Part shown: piece by piece, positions 9,320 to 20,300 of the stretch | Position numbering within the stretch: the first letter of the stretch is position 1 | How the letters are laid out: every line of letters begins with the position of its first letter | Source: Flavobacteriales bacterium | Lineage (GTDB): Bacteria; Bacteroidota; Bacteroidia; Palsa-965 | Direction: 5' to 3' | NCBI GenBank assembly: GCA_040377305.1 | Contig: JBEIPA010000006.1 | Location: 96,001-160,000 of the forward strand | Length of the DNA: 64,000 bases | Notes under the pieces: generated by a model | Seen by the model: the letters and a program-made list of their open reading frames with translations, nothing else | Told to the model about the DNA's origin: nothing | The model's database searches: none | Program-made: the position numbers and the translations under genes

Positions 9320-9510
9320 GGTTGCCTGCGGCGCTTACGCTGCGCGAGCTTTACACGGAGGCGCGGAGAAACGGAGTCCTTTGTTTTCTATTCTATACCC
9401 ACGTGGGACGGCGGATTGCTTCGCAATCTCTAGACTCATTCGCCGTTTCTCGTGGGGCTAGAATTCTTCTCCGTCCCTCCGCGTCGCCGTGTAAAGCGTC
9501 GCAGACAACC
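9320..9510. mobile_element. MITE/BIME-like element: two ~95-bp repeat units in inverted orientation
   Basis: Left GGTTGCCTGCGGCGC..TTTACACGGAGGCGCGGAG; reverse complement of the right end GGTTGTCTGCGACGCTTTACACGGCGACGCGGAG; same unit at 34663 and 43190. Confidence 0.7.
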
Positions 9511-10192
9511 TAAAGCATCTTCACAAACTTATTCTTCGGCGCTACTGCCCGCAGAATTTCCGTCCAGTAAATGATCGCGTAAAATGCATACTGCGGTGAA
9601 TTGAATTTTTCGACGATATACGGATTCGGTTTCACCATGTATCGGATTCCTATGTCGCCACCAACACCGAGCCAACGGCAAACTTTGTATGAAACACTGA
9701 ATCCTGTTTCATAAACGATGATGGATTTTTTATGCGCGTAATATTTTTCTGTGTTCACCCGATACATGTAACGCGAGCGGCCGATTCCCAATTGAAAAGG
9801 AATCACACTGAACTTCCATTTACCCTTTCGATAAAAAACGTATCGCGCATACCACGACCAATAATCCATTTTCAGCTCACCCATTGTCGAGTCGTTTTCA
9901 AGTGAGTTGTTCACGTAATAAATGCGTTTGGAGAGGTCATCGTCGAGGCGGTTGTAACCAATACCCAACTGAATGAGTTCTCCGAATTCGGCTGCTATTT
10001 TCGCTCCCCAGATATGTGCTTTACGATTACTGATGAAAGAATTCCGCGAATCGAGTCCACCGGCGAGTGAGATGCGCCCGTGCATACTGTTGTAAATGGA
10101 ATCGTGCGTGTTGACTTGCGCGTGTGAGTTCGTACTACAGAAGAGCAGTGTGATAGTCAGAAGCAGCGTCAGGTCAGGGAGCGTGACACCAC
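9510..10192 (-). pseudogene. Outer-membrane beta-barrel-like exported protein with a probable 5-bp frameshift in the signal peptide
   Basis: Body reads ...NSHA|Q then amphipathic beta strands; no in-frame ATG/GTG/TTG between the terminator and the signal peptide; removing one copy of CTGAC (10168-10177) joins GTG 10192/10189 to the frame. Confidence 0.55.
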
Positions 10193-10193
10193 G

Positions 10194-10226
10194 CCGCTGT
10201 GTCGGGATTGGGATCCCGCAACCACG
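10194..10226. repeat. REP-like imperfect palindrome
   Basis: CCGCTGTGTCGGGAT-TGGG-ATCCCGCAACCACG. Confidence 0.45.
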
Positions 10227-10233
10227 TCGTGTT

Positions 10234-10265
10234 AAAACAAAAGAGGCTGCGTAATGCAGCCTCTT
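10234..10265 (-). terminator. Intrinsic terminator of the act-cox operon
   Basis: AAGAGGCTGC-5 nt-GCAGCCTCTT stem followed by a T-rich tract on the minus strand, just after the coxI stop. Confidence 0.8.
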
Positions 10266-10272
10266 AATTATT

Positions 10273-12120
10273 TTAGTGATGACTTCCACCATCTTCTTCT
10301 CCCTCACGCAGAGGCACTGTTTGCGGAATGAAATCTTTCTCTTCGCCAGGCTTGCTGTAATCGTAAGGCCAACGGTGAACTTCAGGAAGCGCACCAGGCC
10401 AGTTGCCGTGCGTGTGCTTCATTGGTGTAGTCCACTCGAGTGTGTTTGATCCCCACGGGTTTTGTGTCGACTTCGGCCCACGGAACATGCTGTAGAAGAA
10501 GTTGAACAGGAAAATTACCTGTGCACATGCTCCGAGAATTGCGAAACAAGTGATCAGAACGTTGATGTCCTGCAAGTGATCGAACATCGGGAATTCCATG
10601 TTGTGATAATAACGACGTGGAACACCAGCGAGACCGATAAAGTGCATCGGGAAGAATACGCCGTATGCGGAAATGAAAGTCAGCCAGAAGTGCAGGTAAC
10701 CGAGATTCTTGTTCATGTGACGCAAGAACATTTTCGGGAACCAGTGGTAAACACCCGCGAGCATTCCGAGGATTGCAGACACACCCATTACAATGTGGAA
10801 GTGAGCAACTACGAAGTACGTATCGTGTACGTTAATGTCGAGTGCAGAATCCGCCAGGATAATACCTGTTACACCACCCGTAATAAATGTTGATACGAGC
10901 GCGATGGCAAACAACATGGCCGGCGTGAACTGAATATTTCCTTTCCAAAGAGTTGTGATGTAGTTAAACGCTTTTACCGCGGACGGAATTGCGATCAAAA
11001 GCGTGGTGAACACGAAGACGGAACCCAGGAACGGATTCATTCCGGTTAAGTACATGTGGTGACCCCAAACGATGAAGGAAAGGAAACCGATTGCAAGAAT
11101 CGATGTAACCATTGCGCGATAACCGAAGATTGGCTTACGTGCATTTACAGAAATAATTTCAGAGGTAAGACCGAGTGCAGGAAGGATGATGATATATACT
11201 TCCGGGTGACCAAGGAACCAGAACAAGTGTTCGAAGAGAATCGGGCTACCACCGCTTTGCGACAGAGCTTCACCTCCAATGTAAATGTCGGAGAGATAGA
11301 AACTTGTTCCGAAGCTTCTGTCGAAGATCAACAGGAGTGCGCATGAGAAAAGAACAGGGAACGAAAGTACACCGAGGATTGCTGTAACGAAGAACGCCCA
11401 GATTGTCAATGGAAGACGTGTCATCTTCATTCCTTTCGTACGCATGTTCAGAACCGTGATGATATAGTTCAAGCCACCGAGGAGTGAAGAAATAATGAAG
11501 AAGGACATGGATACGAGCCAGAGCGTCATACCTAAGCCAGAACCCGGCATCGCTTTTTCAAGAGCTGAAAGCGGAGGGTAAACTGTCCAACCACCTGATG
11601 CTGCACCATCTTCAACGAACAATGAAATTACCATCGTCAATGAAGAAAGGAAGAAGAACCAGTATGAAAGCATGTTCATGAATCCTGATGCCATGTCGCG
11701 TGCACCAATCTGGTATGGAATCAAGAGGTTAGAGAACGTTCCCGAGAGACCACCTGTCAATACCATGAAGACCATGATTGTTCCGTGAATCGTAACGAGT
11801 GCCATGTATGCGTTCGGATCAAGTACGCCATCTGCGCCCCACTTGTCACCCATCACCGCATTAATGAATGCGAATTTCTCTCCCGGCCACGCCAATTGTA
11901 AACGGAACACGATCGACATGATCATCGCGATCACCGCCATGATTACCGCAGTAACCAGGAACTGACGCGAGATTGTTTTGTGATCCATGCTGAACACATA
12001 CTTCGAGATAAAAGTCTCGTGGTGCTCATGATCGTGATCGTCATGCCCGTGATGCACATGTGCGTCGTTCTCTAAAGAGTGCGCATGAAGGTCGCCGTGT
12101 GCGTGCATATCAGATGCCAT
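10273..12120 (-). CDS. ctaD: Cytochrome c oxidase subunit I (A1-type heme-copper oxidase)
   Basis: HGTIM, GWTVYPPL, WFLGHPEVY, VWGHHMY, HDTYFVVAHFH, PRRY; His-rich N-terminus. Confidence 0.97.
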   Translation of the reverse strand: MASDMHAHGDLHAHSLENDAHVHHGHDDHDHEHHETFISKYVFSMDHKTISRQFLVTAVIMAVIAMIMSIVFRLQLAWPGEKFAFINAVMGDKWGADGVLDPNAYMALVTIHGTIMVFMVLTGGLSGTFSNLLIPYQIGARDMASGFMNMLSYWFFFLSSLTMVISLFVEDGAASGGWTVYPPLSALEKAMPGSGLGMTLWLVSMSFFIISSLLGGLNYIITVLNMRTKGMKMTRLPLTIWAFFVTAILGVLSFPVLFSCALLLIFDRSFGTSFYLSDIYIGGEALSQSGGSPILFEHLFWFLGHPEVYIIILPALGLTSEIISVNARKPIFGYRAMVTSILAIGFLSFIVWGHHMYLTGMNPFLGSVFVFTTLLIAIPSAVKAFNYITTLWKGNIQFTPAMLFAIALVSTFITGGVTGIILADSALDINVHDTYFVVAHFHIVMGVSAILGMLAGVYHWFPKMFLRHMNKNLGYLHFWLTFISAYGVFFPMHFIGLAGVPRRYYHNMEFPMFDHLQDINVLITCFAILGACAQVIFLFNFFYSMFRGPKSTQNPWGSNTLEWTTPMKHTHGNWPGALPEVHRWPYDYSKPGEEKDFIPQTVPLREGEEDGGSHH

Positions 12121-12189
12121 ATTCTTTTCTTTTTTATTGTTGTTCTCCGCCGCAGCGGAGAGAATGCATTTTAAATACTACTGGTCTTC

Positions 12190-13251
12190 TTAATTGATTA
12201 CTGAATCAGCTTTTACACCTGAATCAGCTTTCGGCATTGAATCAACTTTCGCTGGTGCTGCCGGCTTTACTTCTGCAGCTGCATCAGGAAGGAATTTCAC
12301 CTTACGCGCAATGAATGCTTCGTACTCTGCTTTTGTTCCAACCACAATCTTCATCTGCATATTGTAGTGCGATGCACCGCAGATCTTGTTACACAATAAC
12401 ACATAATCGAATTCAGGATTACCTGTGATTGTACGCATGGAATCCGTTGTAATCGTCGGCTTGAAGTGGAAGAAAGTTTCCATCCCTGGCACCACGTTCA
12501 TCTGAGCGCGGAAATGCGGGAAGTATGCAGAGTGAATTACATCCTGTGAACGCAAACGGAAATTCACTTCTTCGTTTACCGGAAGGAAAATGGTGTCTGA
12601 CTTCGGAAGAATCACATCGTCTTTCGACGCGATGTCAGAAGAATCGAGACCCAATTCGTTCACACCCATGATCAACTTATAATTCGATTTTCCGAGTTGG
12701 TTATCACCGCCAGAGTAACGAGCGAACCAATCGAACTGACGCGCATAAATCTCAACAAGACGTACAGATTTGTCAGCAGGTGCAAGTGTTGAATTCCACA
12801 AGCGGATTCCAAAGAAGATGATGATGAAGAGAACAATTGCAGGAACTCCAGTCCACAACATCTCGAGTTTATTATTGTGCGGATAAAACGTCGCACGCTG
12901 ACCATCGCGACCGTAATATTTCCATGCCATCACGAACAACACCGTGTTAGTGAGGAGGTAAACGGTCCAGATGATGAGCATGTTGAAGTTCATCAGCCAA
13001 TCGATTTCAACTCCGTGTGCAGAAGCTGCTTCCGGAAGAAGATCGTCGCTGTACGCCCACAACTGCCACAAGCTTGTGATCCACATCACAATCATGAAAA
13101 TGAAAAAGAACCGACCGTTCATTCGGTTGTCACGCTCAGTGACTCTATTCGGGTCTACTCCTTTCAGCTTTGCAGCAAGTTCCACAACGCGGATGAGCTG
13201 CCAAATAGCGGCTGCCGCAAGGATCAGGATTGCATAAATTATGAACTTCAT
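12190..13251 (-). CDS. ctaC: Cytochrome c oxidase subunit II (CuA)
   Basis: LEMLWTGVP, DVIHSAYFP...VPG, CNKICGASHYNM. Confidence 0.95.
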   Translation of the reverse strand: MKFIIYAILILAAAAIWQLIRVVELAAKLKGVDPNRVTERDNRMNGRFFFIFMIVMWITSLWQLWAYSDDLLPEAASAHGVEIDWLMNFNMLIIWTVYLLTNTVLFVMAWKYYGRDGQRATFYPHNNKLEMLWTGVPAIVLFIIIFFGIRLWNSTLAPADKSVRLVEIYARQFDWFARYSGGDNQLGKSNYKLIMGVNELGLDSSDIASKDDVILPKSDTIFLPVNEEVNFRLRSQDVIHSAYFPHFRAQMNVVPGMETFFHFKPTITTDSMRTITGNPEFDYVLLCNKICGASHYNMQMKIVVGTKAEYEAFIARKVKFLPDAAAEVKPAAPAKVDSMPKADSGVKADSVIN

Positions 13252-13305
13252 ATTTTCTGTATTGTAGTGCTGTACTGATTAATTTCTTTTAATGCGCAAT
13301 CAACG

Positions 13306-14574
13306 TTACTGATGGTGGTGAATTCCCTCCGGCAACAACGCGTGGTTCTTCGCAAGGATCGGTGCTTTTGCAAGCGCTCTCAATACCCAGAATGTGAAGA
13401 ATGAAAGGAACGCGGTAAACATTCCGATTTCGATAAGGCCGATCCCCCAGTTTCCTGAAACTGTTCCAGGCATTACCAATAGGAATGTGTCTGTCCAGTG
13501 GAAGAACAAGATGAGAAGACCAACAAAGAATACATACGACTTGTTGCGTTTTGAATCGCGCGACATGAGGACGAGCATAGGGAACGCGAAGTTCACCAGC
13601 ATAGTGATCCAGAACAATCCGCGGTACTGTTCCCAACGCTGTGCGAAGTAAACAACCTCTTCAGGAATGTTTGAATACCAGATGAGCATGAACTGTGCAA
13701 ACCAGAGGTATGTCCACAGGAACGAAACAGCGAACATCCACTTACCAAGGTCATGCATGTGGCTTGGATTAACAAACTCCATTTGTCCGCGCGACTTCAG
13801 GTGAATTGCGATAAGGTTGAATGCGATCAAAGCACTGATCCACCATCCTGCGAAGTTGTACCAACCGAAGAGTGTGCTGTACCAGTGTGTATCGATTGAC
13901 ATGATAACATCCCATGTGAAAACAGAAGAAGTAAATCCGAAGAACACAAGGAAGATTGCTGCATTCTTCAAATTCTTTCTCCAATTGTCAGCACGCTGAT
14001 TCCAATCAGAAATCATGTCTTCTGCAAGTGAATTTTTGCGAGCCCACATCTGGTACCAAATCCAACCGCCCATGAAGAGTAGTGTGCGTCCCCAGAAGAA
14101 CAGTGCATTGAAGTAAGGTGCTTTGTGCTGCATGATCGGATCGCCGATATAAGCGTCCGGATCCTGCCAGTGATAAAGATGGTGAATGTGAAACTGACCG
14201 GCAGCTAGAACGATTCCGATCACAGCCAATCCGATTACGAGGAACTCGCCAACTGCACTGAAGATTCGCATGAAGACCGTGCTCCATGCTGCCTGCGCTG
14301 CATATTGCATTGCGTAGAAGAACAAAGCTGCGAGTGCAATACCTCCGAAGAAGTAACCATTCACGAGTAAGTTCGCCCACACGCGCTGTCCGAGTGTTGC
14401 ACTCGCGTCGTGATGTCCTTCTGCAGCATCGTGACCGTGTGCAGCTTCCGGAGCATGCCACAGCACGATTCCGAGGATGAGCATAACCAGTCCGATACCG
14501 CAGATAATCCAGAGATTTTTCTGCGCCTTCGGGCTGAAGTTATAAGTCAGATTATTCATGTTCACTTGGCTCAT
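13306..14574 (-). CDS. actF: Alternative complex III subunit ActF
   Basis: About 10 TM; DVIMSIDTHWYSTLFG, HDLGK, WTYLWFAQFMLIWYSNIPEE. Confidence 0.93.
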   Translation of the reverse strand: MSQVNMNNLTYNFSPKAQKNLWIICGIGLVMLILGIVLWHAPEAAHGHDAAEGHHDASATLGQRVWANLLVNGYFFGGIALAALFFYAMQYAAQAAWSTVFMRIFSAVGEFLVIGLAVIGIVLAAGQFHIHHLYHWQDPDAYIGDPIMQHKAPYFNALFFWGRTLLFMGGWIWYQMWARKNSLAEDMISDWNQRADNWRKNLKNAAIFLVFFGFTSSVFTWDVIMSIDTHWYSTLFGWYNFAGWWISALIAFNLIAIHLKSRGQMEFVNPSHMHDLGKWMFAVSFLWTYLWFAQFMLIWYSNIPEEVVYFAQRWEQYRGLFWITMLVNFAFPMLVLMSRDSKRNKSYVFFVGLLILFFHWTDTFLLVMPGTVSGNWGIGLIEIGMFTAFLSFFTFWVLRALAKAPILAKNHALLPEGIHHHQ

Positions 14575-14615
14575 ATTCAATGCAAGTTTCTTATTACTCT
14601 AAATGCTTTTATTGA

Positions 14616-15287
14616 CTAAGGTTGCTTCGCAACAACTGGCTTAACAGGTGCTGTCACTGAATCATTTGCTGCTGGTTTTTGCTTTTCCCATTCGCTCATT
14701 GGGGAACCACCGCGACCGAGTCGCATAACGTATGCAATTACTTCCCAACGTTCCTGAGGATCGAGCTGTGTAGCGTGTGATCCCATAACATTTTTACCGT
14801 AAGTGATTACATGGTAAACGTGTCCGCCTGTAAGCTTGCCATCATTATGTAATGTGATATAGCTAATAGGTGCACTTGGGAATTTTCCGCTTTCAACCAA
14901 CGGACCTGCCCCATCACCTTTTGGACCATGGCAATAAATACAGTTACGCTCGTAAAGGAATTTTCCTTTGTCTTCGATCGAATCAGTTACATGCAAAGGA
15001 GACTTCCAGAACATCGATGCAAGACGATCGCCTGTTGTGTCGTTCGAATAAGGGAACGGCGTCCATCCGCGAGGAATTGATCCCGGTGCAGGCATACGGT
15101 TAGACAAGCTATCCGGTGTTGCAGCGCTGATGTAAATTCCGTTCGGTTCAGGAGCAGGGCTACGATACATGTCGGGCATATATTCCCAACCCGGGCTGTC
15201 CGGATTTTCCTGGATGCAAGAGCTGAAGAACGTTGCTGCAATCGCAACAGTTCCAAGAGCCAGCAGTGTGTATTTTTTAATTTTCAT
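14616..15287 (-). CDS. actE: Alternative complex III monoheme cytochrome c lipoprotein ActE
   Basis: Lipobox FSSC, YMPDMY, CIYCH, MGSHA, ERWEVIAYV. Confidence 0.93.
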   Translation of the reverse strand: MKIKKYTLLALGTVAIAATFFSSCIQENPDSPGWEYMPDMYRSPAPEPNGIYISAATPDSLSNRMPAPGSIPRGWTPFPYSNDTTGDRLASMFWKSPLHVTDSIEDKGKFLYERNCIYCHGPKGDGAGPLVESGKFPSAPISYITLHNDGKLTGGHVYHVITYGKNVMGSHATQLDPQERWEVIAYVMRLGRGGSPMSEWEKQKPAANDSVTAPVKPVVAKQP

Positions 15288-15307
15288 ATCAGAATTCTGA
15301 TAGTGTA

Positions 15308-15829
15308 TTATTTCACGTTTACTTCATCAGCACCGCTTTCACGGAGCAGGTTTACAACTTTCGATTCGTCTTCTGCTTTTGCTTCAATCAAAATCAGGAA
15401 ACGGTCGTTGGTAGTTCTTGGATCAGGATTCTTCGGAGAAACACCCGGGAGAAGCCAGCTGCGTAGCAGGAATGTAATTGCCATTCCGTGACCTGCGCAG
15501 AATACAGTAAGTTCGAACGTTGCAGGAATAAATGCAGGCCAGTTCATGTAGTAGTAAAAGCTTGGCTTACCACCAATGTCTTGCGGCCAATCGTGCACCA
15601 TCATGAACCATGTCATGAGAATTGCAAGCGATGTACCTGTGATTCCGTAGATGAATGCACAGATCGCGATGCGCGTGCGTGCAAGTCCCAATGCAGGGTC
15701 AAGTCCGTGAATCGGGAACGGAGAGAACACATCCTTGATGCGGATTTTGTTCGCGCGGATTTTCTTTACGCCTTCGAGACAGATTTCCTCGTCTGTGTAA
15801 ATTCCGTGTATGGTTTTTGTTGCTGACAT
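15308..15829 (-). CDS. actD: Alternative complex III subunit ActD (DUF3341)
   Basis: FSPFPIHGLD, DWPQDIGGKP, PAFIPATFELTV. Confidence 0.93.
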   Translation of the reverse strand: MSATKTIHGIYTDEEICLEGVKKIRANKIRIKDVFSPFPIHGLDPALGLARTRIAICAFIYGITGTSLAILMTWFMMVHDWPQDIGGKPSFYYYMNWPAFIPATFELTVFCAGHGMAITFLLRSWLLPGVSPKNPDPRTTNDRFLILIEAKAEDESKVVNLLRESGADEVNVK

Positions 15830-15850
15830 AAGTCTTCGCTCAAATACTGA

Positions 15851-17260
15851 TTAGTGTGATGAAATGGTTGTATCCGCCATTCCACGCTTGTTCTTGTGTT
15901 CTTCGCTTGATGACTTCACGATCATCTTCAATTCGCTCAACGCAATTACAGGGAATGTGCGTGCGAACAACAAGAAGAGCGTAAAGAACAATCCGATAGT
16001 TCCAACGAAAATTCCGATCTCAACCCATGTTGGGTGGTACATTGTCCAGTTCGATGGTATAAAATCTCGGTGAAGTGAAGTCACGATAATTACGAAACGT
16101 TCGAACCACATACCGATGTTTACTACAATCGACAAAATGAAAGTTGCAATGAGTGACGATCGAATTTTCTTGAACCAGAAAAGCTGTGGCGATACAACGT
16201 TACACGTCATCATTCCCCAATAGCTCCACCAGTATGGACCAGTTGCACGGTTCATGAATGCGTAACCTTCGTATTCAACTCCCGAATACCAGGAGATGAA
16301 GAGCTCAGACAGATAAGCAACACCAACCATCGATCCTGTAAGTGTGATGATGATGTTCATCATTTCCATGTGCTGGATAGTGATGAAATGTTCGAGGTTC
16401 AACACTTTGCGCATGATGAGAAGAAGTGTTGCCACCATCGCGAAACCGGAGAAGATTGCACCTGCTACGAAATATGGAGGGAAGATCGTGGTGTGCCAAC
16501 CCGGAAGGATTGACGTCGCGAAGTCCATAGATACGATTGAGTGTACGGAGAATACAAGTGGTGTAGAAAGACCTGCGAGTACGAGTGAAACTTCTTCGAA
16601 ACGCTGCCAGTCTTTAGCACGACCGCTCCAGCCGAAGCTGAGGATACGGTAGATCTTTTGCTGCATTGGTTTCTTCTGGATCTTGAAACGATCGCGGATT
16701 GCACCGAAGTCAGGAATAAGACCGAGGTACCAGAACACCAATGAAATAGAGAAGTAAGTTGATACTGCGAATACGTCCCAGGTAAGTGGTGAGTTGAAGT
16801 TCACCCACAATGAACCAAACTGGTTAGCGTGCGGGAACAACCAGTAATCAAGCCAAGGACGACCTGTGTGCATGGTTACGAATACAGCCGCGCAACAAAC
16901 TGCGAAGATGGTCATCGCCTCTGCAGAACGGTTGATTGCCATACGCCATTTCTGACGGAACAAAAGAAGTACCGCAGAAATAAGAGTACCCGCGTGACCG
17001 ATACCGATCCACCATACGAAGTTTGTAATATCCCACGCCCAACCTACAGTTCTGTTAGCACCCCACTGACCGATACCGGTACCAATGGTATATGCCAGAC
17101 AGCTGAAGCCCCAGACGAAGGTGCCCACTGCGATCAGGAAAACAAGCCACCAATACTTGTTTGCTTTCCCTTCAATTGGCTTCGCGATCTCAGCTGTAAT
17201 GTCACTGTAGGATTTGTTCCCCAGGATCAGCGGATCTCTTAGCGGTGATTCGTGTTGCAT
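15851..17260 (-). CDS. actC: Alternative complex III quinol-binding subunit ActC (NrfD/PsrC family)
   Basis: WAWDITNFVWWIGIGHAGTLISA, NRSAEAMT, HTGRPW, WHTTIFPPYFVAGAIFSG. Confidence 0.96.
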   Translation of the reverse strand: MQHESPLRDPLILGNKSYSDITAEIAKPIEGKANKYWWLVFLIAVGTFVWGFSCLAYTIGTGIGQWGANRTVGWAWDITNFVWWIGIGHAGTLISAVLLLFRQKWRMAINRSAEAMTIFAVCCAAVFVTMHTGRPWLDYWLFPHANQFGSLWVNFNSPLTWDVFAVSTYFSISLVFWYLGLIPDFGAIRDRFKIQKKPMQQKIYRILSFGWSGRAKDWQRFEEVSLVLAGLSTPLVFSVHSIVSMDFATSILPGWHTTIFPPYFVAGAIFSGFAMVATLLLIMRKVLNLEHFITIQHMEMMNIIITLTGSMVGVAYLSELFISWYSGVEYEGYAFMNRATGPYWWSYWGMMTCNVVSPQLFWFKKIRSSLIATFILSIVVNIGMWFERFVIIVTSLHRDFIPSNWTMYHPTWVEIGIFVGTIGLFFTLFLLFARTFPVIALSELKMIVKSSSEEHKNKRGMADTTISSH

Positions 17261-17330
17261 AACGATGTATTAATTCGTTTATCGCGGCGGCGCGGAGTTT
17301 AATCACGACGCAGCGTATTGTTTTTATTTT

Positions 17331-20300
17331 TTAGATCGTGGCATTCGCGTCATCGCGGTTCCACACTTTAGTCATATAGAATACTGATGGACGTGATCCA
17401 ACATTCTCGAGCACTTCGAACTTGCGTCCGTCTTGTTCCATTTTAGAAACCTGGCTGTTCACGTCGAGAAGATCACCGAAGATGATTGCATCCGTAGGAC
17501 AAGCTTGCTGACAAGCAGTCTTGATTGCACCATCAACGATTTTCGTTCCTGCTTTCTTCGCATCAAGCTTTCCAGCCTGAATACGCTGAGAACACATTGA
17601 ACATTTTTCCATCACACCACGTGCACGTACTGTAACGTCAGGGTTCAACACCATGCGTCCGATATCGTCCTGAGCAGGGTTCAATCCTTTGAAGCGGTGG
17701 TACTCAACGTAGTTAAACCAGTTGAAGCGACGTACTTTATATGGACAGTTGTTAGCGCAGTAACGTGTACCCACGCAACGGTTGTAAGTCATTTGGTTAA
17801 GGCCTTCATTGCTGTGTGTAGTAGCAATTACAGGACAAACCGTTTCGCAACCCGCGTGGTTACAGTGCTGACACATGATAGGCTGGAACGCAACTTTCGG
17901 ATTGTCGAACGTTGGGCTTTCCATGTGACGGTACATTTCCATTGTACCCATCTCTCCTGTTGTTTCAGCAACTTCTTTAACTGTATCAGAGCTGTAGTAG
18001 CGGTCGATACGCAACCAGTGCATTTCGCGGCTCTTGCGGATTTCATCGCGACCTACAACAGGAACGTTGTTCTCAATTGTACATGCAACAACGCATGATC
18101 CACAACCGAGACACGAGTTCAGATCGATTGCCATTCCCCACTTGTGGTTCGGACGTTCGAAATCGTTCCACAAAGAAACTTCCTCCGTCAACTGCTCACC
18201 TTTATATGTGTGCATCGTGTTGAGTGGGTTTCCTGCGCGATCGTCTGTCTTATATGCAGCGAGTGTAGTCTCACGAAGAATATCGTCGTTACGACCCATC
18301 ATCGTGTGGTGAGTTTGCGTAGCAGCAATGCGATACGTTTCACCTTCCACTTTCGTCATTGCAGCATCGCCGCTGTAAACCATTGTGCCACCTGCAGACA
18401 TTCCGATTGCAGGGTACATGTTCGCGCCGATATTGTCAACGTACTCGTTAAATCCTTTGCGTCCGTAACCAAGCGCGATACCGATAGTACCTTTTGCTTG
18501 TCCCGGCTGAATCCAAACCGGAAGTTTCACCGTGTGACCGTTAACAGTAACGTTAACCATGTCCAGGTTGTCTTCCATCTGATCAAAGCGAACCATCATT
18601 GTTTCATCTTCCATTCCGAAGAGAGACATTTCTTTCGCGTCGAGCGGGTGCATAGTCACGTAGTTGTCCCACGTGATTTTCGAAATTGGATCCGGCATTT
18701 CCTGCAACCAAGGATTGTTTGCCTGGTTACCAGAACCCATTGACGTTTTCGTATAAATGTTCACCTCATACTTGCCACCTTTTGTAGCAGCAATCTGAGA
18801 TTTAGCTTCGTCCATGGAGATGGTTCCGCCGATGAAAACGATTGAACCAGCTGTTGCAGTTGCTACCGGAGCAGCGTCTGCTTTTGCTGAGTCTGTCTTC
18901 GGCTCTTCCTTTACTACCTTCTTCTCTTCTGCAACTGGTGCAGCAGCCGGCATTCCTTCGAATACACCGTCGCGAACTACGTTAATCCAGAACGCGTTGA
19001 AGTCGCCGAAATTGGATTGCATGGACTGCATTCCGCTCCATGTCTCTTTTACATAAGACAAGTAGTCTTTCGAACCACCAGACCATTTGATAAACGACTC
19101 TTGTGCGTGACGTGTGCTGAACAAAGGACGGATAGCAGGCTGTTGCAAGCTGTACTGTCCAGTGCGCGGCATGTGATCGCCCCACGCTTCGAGGTAGTTG
19201 TGATCAGGAAGGATGAAGTCGCAAAGCGCTGCTGTTTCATCAACATGCGATGCGAAAGAAATTTTTGTTGAAACACCTTTTAGTGCTGCTTCGAATCCGA
19301 GTGCTTTTGGAGCTGTGTAAACCGGGTTCGCGTTGTAGAAAATCACGGTATCAACCGAGCTGATGTTTTCTACGAGTTTTTTCATCGCAGCATCATCGCC
19401 CTGGTGTGTGAAGTCTTCAATTGAAGTATTGATTGTTGAGCCGTATGCGCCGGTTGCTTTGTTGATTGCATTTACGATCAACTGAATCGCAGGATCGTTT
19501 GATCCGCATACAACAAGTGCTTTTCCGTTTGCTGCTTTCAATGCCGCACCTGCTTTTTTCACTGCATCAGCAGCAACAGTTGGTGCAACACCTTCACCAC
19601 CTACCTCGTGCAGAAGCCCGAGAGCAATTGCACCGTACTGAGAAGGTTTAACTGGTGTACGCTCATCTGCGTTAGCACCCGTCAATGAAAGCTGTGATTC
19701 GAACTGGTAGTGCTTCGACATGGTCTTCTTGTCTGCACTAACCTTACGTGTCATTCCGTACTGACGTTCAGCTTCTCCGCCTGTGAGCCAGTTTCCGAGG
19801 AAGTCGCAACCGATACCTACGATAACATCTGCTTTATCGAAGTTGTAAGTAGGAATCATTGCTTTTCCGTGAGAAGAAGCATGAGCCTTGATTACACCAG
19901 CGTAAGAAATGGCATCGTACATCACGTGTTGAACGTTCTTGTACTTATTCTTAAAGTCTCCGATCGCGCGCATTGTCGATGGAGAAATGATTGTAGAAGA
20001 AATGATTGCAATTCCTTTAGAAGCGTTGAGCTTCTCAGCGATTGCTCCGTCAACTTCGTCCCATGTCTTATCAGACCATGCGTTGCCCGCTTTCATTTTC
20101 GGATTGCGGAGACGTGTTGAATCATAAAGAGAAAGGACAGACGCTTGTGTACGTGCGTTTGTTCCGCTTCCGTTCAGTTTCGAAAGAGAGTTTCCTTCGA
20201 TTTTGATCGGACGACCTTCGCGGGTTTTCACGAGGATGCTTGCGTAATCGTGTCCGTCGAAGAAAGTTGACGCGTACCAGTTCGCAACACCCGGAGTAAT

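Noticed and set aside
12355-12395. CuA motif CNKICG with Lys in place of the usual Glu
   Set aside because: As I recall this is the common Bacteroidota variant, and the Cys/His/Met ligands are intact
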